The notes beneath the pieces are model-generated. The model was not told the origin of the DNA. It did not search any database and was given only the letters and a program-made list of their open reading frames with translations. Positions 1 through 9,319 of a stretch of DNA of 64,000 nucleotides are shown piece by piece. The number at the start of each line of letters is the position of its first letter. Position 1 is the first letter of the stretch. This DNA comes from a virus (taxonomy: Duplodnaviria > Caudoviricetes), in the IMG/VR virus record IMGVR_UViG_3300032116_000009. One strand, given 5' to 3'. Made by a program: the position numbers and the translations under genes.

Positions 1-132
1 TGAAGTCCGATAACGTCAGCCCAAGTTGGCCAAAAATAGTCAGTCATACTACATCCAAAAGAAAAGAATCTCTCATACTTATTAAAGTTTAGATGATCTA
101 TTTTTGGCACTTTAATAAAAATAATTTTTATA

Positions 133-303
133 TTATTTAACACATTTTACTTGGATATCCACAGACTTTGTGGCATTAGACATCTCACGATAACCCATAC
201 CAACATACACCTGACCACTCACTACGGCAATGGCCATGATTCCCCAAAAAATATAGTACCATTTAGATTTTACTTGGTGATGTTTAAGTAGATCTTTTTC
301 CAT
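133..303 (-). CDS. small hypothetical membrane protein (56 aa, MEKDLLKHHQVKSKWYYIFWGIMAIAVV...), not in ORF track
   Basis: Manual translation; one hydrophobic helix; ATG at 303, TAA at 133-135. Confidence 0.6.
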   Translation of the reverse strand: MEKDLLKHHQVKSKWYYIFWGIMAIAVVSGQVYVGMGYREMSNATKSVDIQVKCVK

Positions 304-310
304 AATTATC

Positions 311-1348
311 TTAAGTATTTGGATTAAGTATTCTTGGTTTGATTAGACCTTGATTCTTTAACTGATTATAATTTCTAACCCACTTATTAACATTAACATC
401 AATAGTACAATGACAATATTTTTTATTACAAATGACAGGCATAGTCGGCCATTTTATTTGTTCAAACTCATCTATATTTCCAATGGGTCCACCAATACCA
501 CAATTAGCTAGATATATCTGTCCAGATGAATTTACAAATAAACTTTTCAATCCAACTTCACAAACATATCCTTCAAAATTAGTCATACCACAATTAATAA
601 ATTCTATTGAATTTATATTGTTATTTGGGTCATCTAACAAAATAGATCCATCTTCAAATTGAAAATCGGATGTTATTTTTAGAATTTCCTGTTTTCCCAA
701 ATGTTTTAGTATCTTTTGGTGGGGTTTTGCAGCTTCATCAGTATGAAACCAATCTAATTGATCTTTTGTGTAGATATGAGTTTCTTTATGTTTACTACCC
801 CAATCCATAATTCTAACTGGTTCCAAAAAGCAAGTATCAATATCTTTTAATGAATTGAAAACTTCTATACAATGATCCCACTTAGAAGGAAGCATCATTA
901 GTCGCACAGTTACGAATGTGTTTAAACTTGCAGCAATTACTTTTTCTTTAAAATCTTTAACAGGAAATTCTGGGTGGTATGAAAAACAAACATACTTTAA
1001 ATACTTTGAAATATCTTCCCAATATTCTATTGGTTTAAATGCATTACTAGTTGTACCTATAGTATGACCATTAGAATTAAAAAACTTTACCAACTCAGGA
1101 AAAAAGTGACTAATACTTGGCTCACCACCAGTAACTGAACAATGAATTTTTGGATACTTTTCGAATAATAATTCTAAGAATTTTTTTGCATTCTCCCATT
1201 TATAATGATGACCTTTACCTGAGTTTAATTCTGGTAAACAATATGTGCATTTATTATTGCATATATTATTAATCATCCATGTCAAATGCATCAAAGATGA
1301 ATCTTTTTGAATTACTCGAATAATTTTTTTATCCTTTAATTCAATCAT
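311..1348 (-). CDS. radical SAM protein with C-terminal SPASM/twitch-like Cys cluster
   Basis: CNNKCTYC (CxxxCxxC), GGEP motif, C-terminal C...C...CxxxxCxC. Confidence 0.9.
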   Translation of the reverse strand: MIELKDKKIIRVIQKDSSLMHLTWMINNICNNKCTYCLPELNSGKGHHYKWENAKKFLELLFEKYPKIHCSVTGGEPSISHFFPELVKFFNSNGHTIGTTSNAFKPIEYWEDISKYLKYVCFSYHPEFPVKDFKEKVIAASLNTFVTVRLMMLPSKWDHCIEVFNSLKDIDTCFLEPVRIMDWGSKHKETHIYTKDQLDWFHTDEAAKPHQKILKHLGKQEILKITSDFQFEDGSILLDDPNNNINSIEFINCGMTNFEGYVCEVGLKSLFVNSSGQIYLANCGIGGPIGNIDEFEQIKWPTMPVICNKKYCHCTIDVNVNKWVRNYNQLKNQGLIKPRILNPNT

Positions 1349-1535
1349 ATAAATTTTGTTCTTGTTGTACTCTATCTATATGATGATAGATGGTTGAGTT
1401 TGAATATTGAAATTCTTTGAACCGTTGGGGTTTTTTCTTTTGCATTGTTATGAGCATGTTGATCCAGTCGTAACGTTTATCCACAGACCAACCATACCGA
1501 CGTTCATCGTGAAATAAATCAAAAATTGAAATCAT
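1341..1535 (-). CDS. hypothetical protein
   Basis: Tightly packed overlapping minus-strand ORF. Confidence 0.6.
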   Translation of the reverse strand: MISIFDLFHDERRYGWSVDKRYDWINMLITMQKKKPQRFKEFQYSNSTIYHHIDRVQQEQNLYD

Positions 1536-1726
1536 TATTTTAAATAGTTAGGTTTTTCAGTATCAAATGTCGTCCATTTTGCATCTTTCATTCTAAGACA
1601 CATTAACAAAGTTTGATGTTCACGATCATATAATTCCCAGTCTCCCTTACACTTGGCAAAATATCGTCTTCGATAGGCACAACACCAAACATTATAATAA
1701 ATTTTTGACTTCTCAGAAAGAGCCAT
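1535..1726 (-). CDS. hypothetical protein
   Basis: Overlapping start/stop with neighbours. Confidence 0.6.
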   Translation of the reverse strand: MALSEKSKIYYNVWCCAYRRRYFAKCKGDWELYDREHQTLLMCLRMKDAKWTTFDTEKPNYLK

Positions 1727-1967
1727 TTCCTAAACACTCAAAACAAACACTATTAAATTTACCTTCGACTCCACGAAGAATAAGTTTAGTGTGAGAAGAT
1801 TTTACAATCATTTTCTCAACATAATAAATTCCACCATAGATAAGAAGATTTTCTGGATCAGTATTATTACCCCACATAACTTGTTCTCGGGTGCATCCAG
1901 TAAATTTTACAAAGTCTCCTTCCTTGATTTCTCTAGAAATATATTTAATTTTTCGGAGGTCTTTCAT
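1713..1967 (-). CDS. hypothetical protein
   Basis: Operonic packing. Confidence 0.6.
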   Translation of the reverse strand: MKDLRKIKYISREIKEGDFVKFTGCTREQVMWGNNTDPENLLIYGGIYYVEKMIVKSSHTKLILRGVEGKFNSVCFECLGNGSF

Positions 1968-2239
1968 TTTACTACGGTTGTTTGAGTTTTGGGTTGTGTT
2001 TTTACTTTAGTCGGATCTTCATAGGGAACTTTACCATTTTTCTCATACATTAAAATGTCGTACTTAAATTTACATTCATGAGGCCTTTGATTACAGAGAA
2101 TCAAAGTGTCTTCTACAGAACGATAAGATCCAGTAGAAGATCCAATAGAACCACCAATTAAAATGGATAATCCGAAGATTCCAATGTTTTTAATGGTAAC
2201 AATACGATCAATCATGTTCAGAATATATGTTTCCCACAT
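1964..2239 (-). CDS. hypothetical membrane-anchored protein
   Basis: N-terminal hydrophobic segment; 4-nt overlap with next ORF. Confidence 0.6.
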   Translation of the reverse strand: MWETYILNMIDRIVTIKNIGIFGLSILIGGSIGSSTGSYRSVEDTLILCNQRPHECKFKYDILMYEKNGKVPYEDPTKVKTQPKTQTTVVK

Positions 2240-2273
2240 TCTACCACACTTTTGATTTTATGCAAGGTGGGTG

Positions 2274-2993
2274 TCAGTTGACTTTGGGCTTTCCAATCCA
2301 TCTAGCTTTCTTACCACTAGAAAAATTATATTCAAATATAGGTCGTGACTCTACATTTACTTCAATAAAAAACGCACAAACAACTCTAAGTTTATCAGAA
2401 GCTTTGAACGAATGCCATGTCACATCTTTTTCTGGACAAAATAAAATAGAAGAGTTTGGTTTCCACTCTACTATTTTTTGTACATCATCTTCAGATTCAA
2501 TAGAGTGTAGTATTGTTCCTATGTTATTTTCTGGTGAGAGATAAACTATAAAAGTTATAATTTTTCTACTAACATCATCATGCGGAGGAAACCAATTATA
2601 AGGAAAATCTAAGTTGATGTTTGCCTGAACAAAAACTTCTTGTTCTGGTGATGGTTTTCTACTATTAGGATACCTATCAAGGATAGACTTAGATAACTTT
2701 AAAAAATCTTGAGCAACATCAAATAATACTTCAACCACATCTTCGGACACTCCGCACTTAATTAAATCCAGAATATCAAGTACGGCTCCTCCAGGTGAAG
2801 TCCTAGCATCAAAAAATATCTTCTCCTTAAGAAAAGAATTTTTTTGAATATTTTCTTTAGTTAAAAGGAATCTTGGTATCGTCTTTAAAACTTCAAAAGA
2901 TTTTTGATCTATAGTTTGTTCTATGATCTGATGAGGCCAAGGTTCTTGTAATATTTGACCTCCAACAATAGGTTCCTCATTTAACAACATCAC
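2274..2993 (-). CDS. 2OG-Fe(II) oxygenase superfamily protein
   Basis: HxD (PPHDD), FIVYL strand, distal His (TWHSF) and Arg (LRVV). Confidence 0.85.
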   Translation of the reverse strand: MMLLNEEPIVGGQILQEPWPHQIIEQTIDQKSFEVLKTIPRFLLTKENIQKNSFLKEKIFFDARTSPGGAVLDILDLIKCGVSEDVVEVLFDVAQDFLKLSKSILDRYPNSRKPSPEQEVFVQANINLDFPYNWFPPHDDVSRKIITFIVYLSPENNIGTILHSIESEDDVQKIVEWKPNSSILFCPEKDVTWHSFKASDKLRVVCAFFIEVNVESRPIFEYNFSSGKKARWIGKPKVN

Positions 2994-3880
2994 TCTTCTC
3001 GTAGGTAGTCAAATGTCATACAATGTAGTCCCCCATCCCACAAATACCTATGCCTAAAGGGAACAATGATTGGTTCAACATTATGTTTTTCCAGAAACTC
3101 GAAAACTTGTTTGTTATATCTAGTAACCATTAGATGTTCTGAATCTAATTGAAGAGCATTAACATCAAAAAAAGTTTCTGGAGAATATCCTACCCAATCT
3201 TTATACTCATACGGAATTTGATTTGGGGACCAAACAAATTTATCTTTGGTCATATCCATAGCCTTAATGTCTTGAGTATTGTGTTCCAAGTACAAAATAT
3301 CCCACCCAGGAAAACAATGTTCCAAGTTACGACCTTGAGGTGTAGATATGATTACACCTTCTTTTACAACCACAAAGACTCCATCTGTGTGTCGTTCGAT
3401 ATTAAAATCCCTACAAGAAAATCTTTCATAAATACATTCCACTTCAGGATTTGCATTTTTAAAGTAATCGAATCTCTTTCTCGTCCATGCAACTGCATCA
3501 AAATAAACTCGATCAGCTCGGATAACACTAGGAGCACAAAGATTATCTAACGTAATATAGTTACTTCTATGATCTAACAACTCCAACCAATCAATGATAT
3601 TTTCTTCATATCTAGGACCAACATACAACTTATTATTAATATATTGTAGGTGATCTCTTGCATGTAGTAGTTGAGGTTTTTTTGTTACATCTGGATTTTT
3701 ATATGTCGGTCTTTTAACTACAACACCAAATGTTTCCAATACTTCTGAAAAGTTTTTTAGATCTTCTTCAGTTTCATCAAGAATTTCTTTGATAAAAGAA
3801 TCTTCAACGAGATCGGACGAGTAGGCCCTACCCACCCAACATTCTTTAAGTTTGTTATATTCTGGAAAATATTTACTCAT
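2990..3880 (-). CDS. amidinotransferase (glycine/inosamine-phosphate amidinotransferase-like)
   Basis: LKECWVG N-terminus, ARD motif, HTDG, C-terminal GGLHCMT with catalytic Cys. Confidence 0.85.
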   Translation of the reverse strand: MSKYFPEYNKLKECWVGRAYSSDLVEDSFIKEILDETEEDLKNFSEVLETFGVVVKRPTYKNPDVTKKPQLLHARDHLQYINNKLYVGPRYEENIIDWLELLDHRSNYITLDNLCAPSVIRADRVYFDAVAWTRKRFDYFKNANPEVECIYERFSCRDFNIERHTDGVFVVVKEGVIISTPQGRNLEHCFPGWDILYLEHNTQDIKAMDMTKDKFVWSPNQIPYEYKDWVGYSPETFFDVNALQLDSEHLMVTRYNKQVFEFLEKHNVEPIIVPFRHRYLWDGGLHCMTFDYLREE

Positions 3881-3914
3881 TGTGATATAATGTCTTTAGA
3901 AATTATAACATGAA

Positions 3915-4649
3915 ATGAAATTATTTGCAGGTCCTTGTGCTCTAGAATCCGGAGAGGTTTGTTTTGAAGTTGCAAAAACAATTTCAAAATACATCCCAAA
4001 ACACGTAGACTTTTACTTCAAAACTTCTTTCGAGAAAGCAAACAGATCAAGTCATAATAGTTTTACTGGAAAAGGTTATGGATACGCAATGGACGTATTC
4101 TCAGAACTCAGAACGTCTGGGTATAAAATTATCACTGACATACACTTACCAAATCAAGTAGATTTATTTCATGATTATGTAGATGCATTCCAAGTTCCAG
4201 CATTTTTGTGTAGACAGTCGGAACTATTAGAAGCTGTTGCAAAAAGTGGAAAACTAGTAAATGTAAAAAAAGGACAATTTATTTCTCCTAGAAATGCAAT
4301 TCTTCTTGGAGAAAAGATGGAATCGTATGGTTGTGAAGATTTTTATATTTGCGAAAGAGGAAGTTGTTTTGGATATGACAACTTAGTAGTAGACTTTAGA
4401 ACAATTGATATTCTTAAGAATGCAGGATTCAAAGTATGTTTTGATGCAACACACTCTACTCAGGAAGGAGGAGACTCTGTTACAAGTGGAAACTGGAAGT
4501 ATGCAGAAAAATTGTCCAAGAGTGCTCTCGTTTGGGGAACTGATGCACTGTTTGTAGAAGTGCATCCTAAGCCCTCTGAGGCACTCTCAGACAAGGATTG
4601 TCAGATTCCTTTATCAGAGTTTCCGAACTATCTCTCTAGCGTCTTCTAA
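3915..4649 (+). CDS. kdsA: 3-deoxy-D-manno-octulosonate 8-phosphate synthase
   Basis: AGPC, KTSFEKANRSS, PAFLCRQ, NVKKGQF, ERG..FGY..LVVD, FDATHS, EVHP..ALSD. Confidence 0.95.
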   Translation: MKLFAGPCALESGEVCFEVAKTISKYIPKHVDFYFKTSFEKANRSSHNSFTGKGYGYAMDVFSELRTSGYKIITDIHLPNQVDLFHDYVDAFQVPAFLCRQSELLEAVAKSGKLVNVKKGQFISPRNAILLGEKMESYGCEDFYICERGSCFGYDNLVVDFRTIDILKNAGFKVCFDATHSTQEGGDSVTSGNWKYAEKLSKSALVWGTDALFVEVHPKPSEALSDKDCQIPLSEFPNYLSSVF

Positions 4650-5315
4650 GTCTTCTGGGGTGTCTACAGAAAACACATCATGTTCTGTTTCATAAGAAAA
4701 AACAGAAACATCATTATCAAGAAACCGTAGTTGTTCCAACCTCTCAGTCTCTTCCAACTGGGAGGTTTTTAATTGACTAAAATTCTCTAAAAAATTTCTA
4801 GTGTATCCATATATTCCCATATGAATTTTTAGTTGATCAGTTCCAATAGGATGTCTACTAAAATATAGAACTTTTCCAGATTGACTAGTAACTAATTTTG
4901 GTTTATCTTGAGACTTTCCGTACTTACTATTTTTATCATATAGTTTATACGGAGTAACAACATCATAATTTTCTTTAAGGAGATGCTCATTCATTTCCAA
5001 AATAGCTTCTGGTGAAATGAATGGTTGATCACCTTGAACATTAATAATTTTTTCTCCAGGAATAGATGTCATCACATTAGAAATGCGTTCTGTTCCACTA
5101 GAGGCTTCGGCTTGTTGTAAGACTACTTTCACTTTAGTGTCTCTAACAGACTCATAAACTTCAAAACTATCTGTGATTACATAAGTTTCCAGACCAGTAA
5201 TCATACACTGGTTTACCACTCTCTGAATTAAGGTTTTACCTCCAATATCAGATAAAACTTTCTTCGGTAAACGAGAACTTTCAATTCTTGCAGGAATAAC
5301 AATAGTAGCGTTCAT
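4614..5315 (-). CDS. kdsB: CMP-Kdo synthetase (3-deoxy-manno-octulosonate cytidylyltransferase)
   Basis: IPARIESSRLPKK, SGTERI, NVQGDQP, LYFSR, H.GIYGY, LE..E.LEQLR, VDTPEDL. Confidence 0.95.
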   Translation of the reverse strand: MNATIVIPARIESSRLPKKVLSDIGGKTLIQRVVNQCMITGLETYVITDSFEVYESVRDTKVKVVLQQAEASSGTERISNVMTSIPGEKIINVQGDQPFISPEAILEMNEHLLKENYDVVTPYKLYDKNSKYGKSQDKPKLVTSQSGKVLYFSRHPIGTDQLKIHMGIYGYTRNFLENFSQLKTSQLEETERLEQLRFLDNDVSVFSYETEHDVFSVDTPEDLEDAREIVRKL

Positions 5316-5468
5316 AGATTATCATTAATTGTTTTATATTTAATTCTCTGGAATTCTTCTACTATTTCAAGAATTCTGCGAGAAGTTTTTTTAGCAGAGT
5401 CTTCATTCCAACTTTCATTAGAAACATTTAATAGATATATTTCATTAGAAATTGCGTCAATAACTTTA

Positions 5469-5708
5469 TCATAGTTTGTCATTATTGAACTCCTTATGTA
5501 ACTCTTCAGCGATTTTCATAGCTCGTCTCCACATCATATACTTTACTATTGGATTACGAGGGTTATGAATTAACCACCATTTAGTTTTCTCATACTGAAA
5601 CCTAAGAAGTTTAGTTGCAAGATCAACCAATCTAGCAACACTTGAATCGGTTACAATAAAATATGCAGCAAGTGCAAATAAGAAAAACCAAAAATAGTAG
5701 TATTCCAT
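5469..5708 (-). CDS. hypothetical membrane protein
   Basis: N-terminal TM helix. Confidence 0.65.
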   Translation of the reverse strand: MEYYYFWFFLFALAAYFIVTDSSVARLVDLATKLLRFQYEKTKWWLIHNPRNPIVKYMMWRRAMKIAEELHKEFNNDKL

Positions 5709-5709
5709 T

Positions 5710-5973
5710 TTACTCCCAACGAAGTGTTTTTAAATACTCAAGGACAGTTTCTCTAACATCCATAAGTTCATGGAAGCACTTCTGATCATGTGCAGCCTGT
5801 CTAAGTTCATTGTCAGGTTTATGGACACTTTCAATAAACAAATCTAGACCCCGATTCCACTTATCCTGTTTAGATTCAGCATCATAAATGTAATAAGTTT
5901 CTTTCATTTTTTTAGTTGCAATAGGACTATTCAAAAGATTGTCGATAAAAATCTTCTTTAATAATTTGTGCAT
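5710..5973 (-). CDS. hypothetical protein
   Basis: ORF track, operonic packing. Confidence 0.6.
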   Translation of the reverse strand: MHKLLKKIFIDNLLNSPIATKKMKETYYIYDAESKQDKWNRGLDLFIESVHKPDNELRQAAHDQKCFHELMDVRETVLEYLKTLRWE

Positions 5974-6324
5974 CTTGATTTTCTGGATGTTTTTCCAAGT
6001 ACATTTTCATGGCTTTATAAACAATCCTTTGTTCTGGGATAGTAAAGTACAACACTCTGTTGATAGCCGAAACCCGAACATCAGTCATACTACTTCCTCC
6101 AAACCTTCTATGTTAGAAACGGGTACTTCATAATCAGCAATTCTGTAATAATGTTCACCTTCTCTTTGACCAAGATACTCAATATCACTACAAGAGTACT
6201 CACGCATCCATGCTTGTAGTCGCATGTGCATTAAATCTGATCGACTCGGAACGTTCATAACCAAGTTTTAAACTCTCGGTTATTCTATAGTATTTAACCA
6301 CTTCGGTCAAGTGAGATTTTAAAA

Positions 6325-6397
6325 TGGAGAATAGGGGACTCGAACCCCTCACCCCTGCCGTGCAAAAGCAGTGCTCTACCAAATGAGCTAATTCCCC
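6325..6397 (-). tRNA. tRNA-Ala(UGC)
   Basis: Cloverleaf GGGGAAU/AUUCUCC with G3:U70, loop UUUGCAC, A73. Confidence 0.95.
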
Positions 6398-6405
6398 AAA
6401 GAATC

Positions 6406-6720
6406 TCAAGATTCTTGAGACAGAAATTCAACTTCGGTCTTCCATTTAAATCCTGGAGTATCCCAAGTTTGATTATTATTTAGAATTTTATTAGAATTAT
6501 CCTCAGATTCCTCAGTATTTTTTAATGAAGATATATCTTCTATTGTATTTCCTTGATAAAGTTTATTTAATTTTTCTTTACTAGGAAAATACTTTAAAAG
6601 GTACTTAGCATTTAATTTAATTTTTTCAGGAACATCTGTCAACTTTTCTAGATTTGCAAGATCTTCAAGAAAAGCTCTAGTAGCAATAAGTGAATTATGT
6701 TCTTGATGTGGCAAAATCAT
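6406..6720 (-). CDS. hypothetical protein
   Basis: ORF track. Confidence 0.55.
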   Translation of the reverse strand: MILPHQEHNSLIATRAFLEDLANLEKLTDVPEKIKLNAKYLLKYFPSKEKLNKLYQGNTIEDISSLKNTEESEDNSNKILNNNQTWDTPGFKWKTEVEFLSQES

Positions 6721-6902
6721 AATTATCTTGAATACTGTTCAATAATGAATAATACCTCATTCAGGTATTTGTCGGCAAGTTCTTTCTCGCCAGGATATCT
6801 ATCTTCTTTGATCAACTTGTTTTTTAAATTGATCACTCTGACCTTAATCTCTTCTTTAGTCAGTTCATTTCTTGGCATAAAAAAGTTCCAATGCGTTCTT
6901 AT

Positions 6903-7106
6903 TTATTCTTTATTTGAATCATTATTATGTTTTTTAGAACAAGCACTTCTAGCCCAAGCACGACTCAAACTATTAACATGAGAACATGACTTTCCCTTCT
7001 GACCGCAATGAGGGCATATTGCATCAGGTGGGTCCGCAATATATCCTTCCGGTGTATACACTTTGTTTTTCAAATTCTCCGATTGTTTATGTTTTCTGGG
7101 ATTCAT
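6903..7106 (-). CDS. hypothetical protein, possible Zn-binding (CPHC..C.H..C)
   Basis: Cys/His cluster. Confidence 0.55.
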   Translation of the reverse strand: MNPRKHKQSENLKNKVYTPEGYIADPPDAICPHCGQKGKSCSHVNSLSRAWARSACSKKHNNDSNKE

Positions 7107-7411
7107 ACCCTCACAGGTTCTGCTTGTCTGTCTGGAAGCTTAATTTGTGGTAGTTTTTCTGGTTCTTTTACTTCCCAAGAACCCCCAACACCACCATCCA
7201 TATTCACCACAATCTCATTCGTTGGCAATGCCTTTGGAATCTCAATATCAATCACTGGACTCATCAGTGTTTTGTTTTTTATAATTTCACGATTTGGTCC
7301 GTCTAAATGCATCATCATTCTTGCATCTTCAAAATTACCACAATCACAGATTTTCTTATGAGTCCTTCTTTCTCTTACTGTGAAATAATCTTCATCGTTG
7401 TACTTGTTCAT
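7103..7411 (-). CDS. hypothetical protein
   Basis: Operonic overlap. Confidence 0.6.
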   Translation of the reverse strand: MNKYNDEDYFTVRERRTHKKICDCGNFEDARMMMHLDGPNREIIKNKTLMSPVIDIEIPKALPTNEIVVNMDGGVGGSWEVKEPEKLPQIKLPDRQAEPVRV

Positions 7412-7620
7412 TAATTAAATCCTTTAGACTTACTTTTTTCTTTTTGTTTATCCAGAACTTCCACATGACTTAGAAACTGTTCTGGAGTTTGCCACCATTC
7501 TTTCCGAAGATCCTCAAAGTTATCAAAAATAGAACACTTTTTATTAGAATAAACTAATTTATAATCATGTCTATCATAGGGATGATCTGAAGTTTGTTGA
7601 AAGTTTTTTGGAAGATTCAT
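7411..7620 (-). CDS. hypothetical protein
   Basis: Operonic overlap. Confidence 0.6.
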   Translation of the reverse strand: MNLPKNFQQTSDHPYDRHDYKLVYSNKKCSIFDNFEDLRKEWWQTPEQFLSHVEVLDKQKEKSKSKGFN

Positions 7621-7719
7621 TACAATTATTTTCTTTTTTAGAAGGTCTGTAAAGTTGAGGCCAAGTGTCTCGAATAATTTCTGACAACTTATAAGGAGTT
7701 TCAGAAGAAATCATTTTTT

Positions 7720-7881
7720 TTAAAATCTACCAGGAGTATACTGCATTCCTTCCAGAAGTTCTTCCAACATTGCTCCATATTCTTTAAATCTTTTATCTCC
7801 AGCAATAAAACATCTTTGCCTCATCCAAAGAGCATCCGCAAGTAGTTTGATCTGGTCTTCTGAAAGTGATAGAGTTTTCAT
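7720..7881 (-). CDS. small hypothetical protein (53 aa, MKTLSLSEDQIKLLADALWMRQRCFIAGDKRF...), not in ORF track
   Basis: Manual translation. Confidence 0.55.
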   Translation of the reverse strand: MKTLSLSEDQIKLLADALWMRQRCFIAGDKRFKEYGAMLEELLEGMQYTPGRF

Positions 7882-7977
7882 AGTCATAGTGCAACCTTTC
7901 TATGTATTAGAGTTTTGGGTTATAGACATTATAAACATAAAAACTCCAAAGAGAATAAAAAGTGTGAGAATCAAGAT

Positions 7978-8007
7978 CATAAAAAAAGGAGTTCAGAGAA
8001 CTCCTTT
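7978..8007 (-). terminator. intrinsic terminator after psbD
   Basis: AAAGGAGTTC-TCT-GAACTCCTTT followed by T-run on minus strand. Confidence 0.8.
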
Positions 8008-8015
8008 ATTTATTT

Positions 8016-9077
8016 TTAGAGTGCGTTTCCGCGAGGTAGAACTTCCTCTGGGAACACAAACTGTTCGTGAGGTTGATCTACTGGAGCCATCCAGGCACGT
8101 AGTCCTTCATTTAGAAGAATATTCTTCGTATAAAAGGTTTCAAACTCAGGGTCTTCTGCAGCCCTTACTTCCTGACTTACGAAATCATAAGCACGGAGAT
8201 TGAGAGCGAGACCAATAATGCCAATAGAAGATGTCCAGAGCCCCATAACAGGAACGAAAAGCATAAAGAAATGAAGCCAACGCTTATTGGAAAAAGCAAT
8301 ACCAAAGATCTGCGACCAGAAACGGTTAGCCGTGACCATAGAGTAAGTCTCTTCCTCTTGGGTAGGTTCAAATGCCTTAAAAGTGTTTGATTGTTCACCA
8401 TCTTCATAAAGTGTGTTTTCTACTGTTGCTCCGTGAATAGCACAGAGAAGTGCTCCACCCAGTATACCAGCAACTCCCATCATATGGAAGGGGTTGAGAG
8501 TCCAGTTGTGGAAACCCTGAAGAAACAGTAGGAAGCGGAAGATGGCAGCGACCCCAAAGGAGGGAGCAAAGAACCAACTGGATTGACCCAGTGGGTACAT
8601 CAGGAAGACGCTGACGAATACAGCGATAGGACCAGAGAATGCGATTGCATTATAAGGACGAATGCCCACTAGACGAGAGATCTCAAACTGACGCAACATG
8701 AAACCTATAAGAGCGAAGGCTCCGTGGAGCGCCACAAAAGGCCAGAGTCCCCCAAGTTGGAACCACCTGACGATATCTCCTTGAGCCTCAGGGCCCCAGA
8801 GAAGAAGAAGAGAATGACCCATAGCATCTGCTGGAGTACTAACTGCCGCAGTAAGAAAGTTTGCACCCTCAAGATAGGAGGATGCAAGGCCATGAGTGTA
8901 CCAACTCGTAACGAAAGTTGTCCCAGTAAGCCAACCACCAAGAGCAAGATAAGCTGTGGGAAAAAGAAGAAGTCCAGACCAGCCAACAAAAACGAAACGG
9001 TCTCTTTTAAGCCAGTCATCGAGTACATCGAACCATCCCCGTTGTGAAATAGGTTGTGAAAGTGTTGAAGAAGTCAT
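8016..9077 (-). CDS. psbD: photosystem II D2 protein
   Basis: [22 protein letters not shown] ... [10 protein letters not shown]; uninterrupted. Confidence 0.99.
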   Translation of the reverse strand: MTSSTLSQPISQRGWFDVLDDWLKRDRFVFVGWSGLLLFPTAYLALGGWLTGTTFVTSWYTHGLASSYLEGANFLTAAVSTPADAMGHSLLLLWGPEAQGDIVRWFQLGGLWPFVALHGAFALIGFMLRQFEISRLVGIRPYNAIAFSGPIAVFVSVFLMYPLGQSSWFFAPSFGVAAIFRFLLFLQGFHNWTLNPFHMMGVAGILGGALLCAIHGATVENTLYEDGEQSNTFKAFEPTQEEETYSMVTANRFWSQIFGIAFSNKRWLHFFMLFVPVMGLWTSSIGIIGLALNLRAYDFVSQEVRAAEDPEFETFYTKNILLNEGLRAWMAPVDQPHEQFVFPEEVLPRGNAL

Positions 9078-9098
9078 AGCCTCCTTAGTTATTTCTCA

Positions 9099-9132
9099 TA
9101 TTTATCTTAACATTACTTAACAAGGAAGTCAA
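9099..9132 (-). promoter_or_regulatory. composite psbD promoter: sigma70 TTGACT-N17-TAAGAT overlapping T4-type late ATAAATA and an HLR1-like direct repeat
   Basis: Read directly; SD AAGGAGG precedes the psbD ATG. Confidence 0.65.
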
Positions 9133-9145
9133 TGAGTGTTTGTAC

Positions 9146-9268
9146 TCATCCCCAGTAAATCTGCCCGAGGGTGAATAAGACAAATACAAGAACAGTAAAT
9201 ACCATCATACCTACACCTGCCCAGATGACCCAGGAAGGCATAGGTTCGTAGTTGTGATTATGAGACAT
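9146..9268 (-). CDS. 40-aa single-TM peptide (MSHNHNYEPMPSWVIWAGVGMMVFTVLVFVLFTLGQIYWG), not in ORF track
   Basis: Manual translation; fills the psbA-psbD gap. Confidence 0.65.
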   Translation of the reverse strand: MSHNHNYEPMPSWVIWAGVGMMVFTVLVFVLFTLGQIYWG

Positions 9269-9293
9269 AAAAAAAGAGGGTTGTTACACCCTC
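9269..9293 (-). terminator. intrinsic terminator after psbA
   Basis: GAGGGT-loop-ACCCTC plus T-run. Confidence 0.7.
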
Positions 9294-9319
9294 CAATTAT
9301 ATCAGTTATTCAGTTTTTA

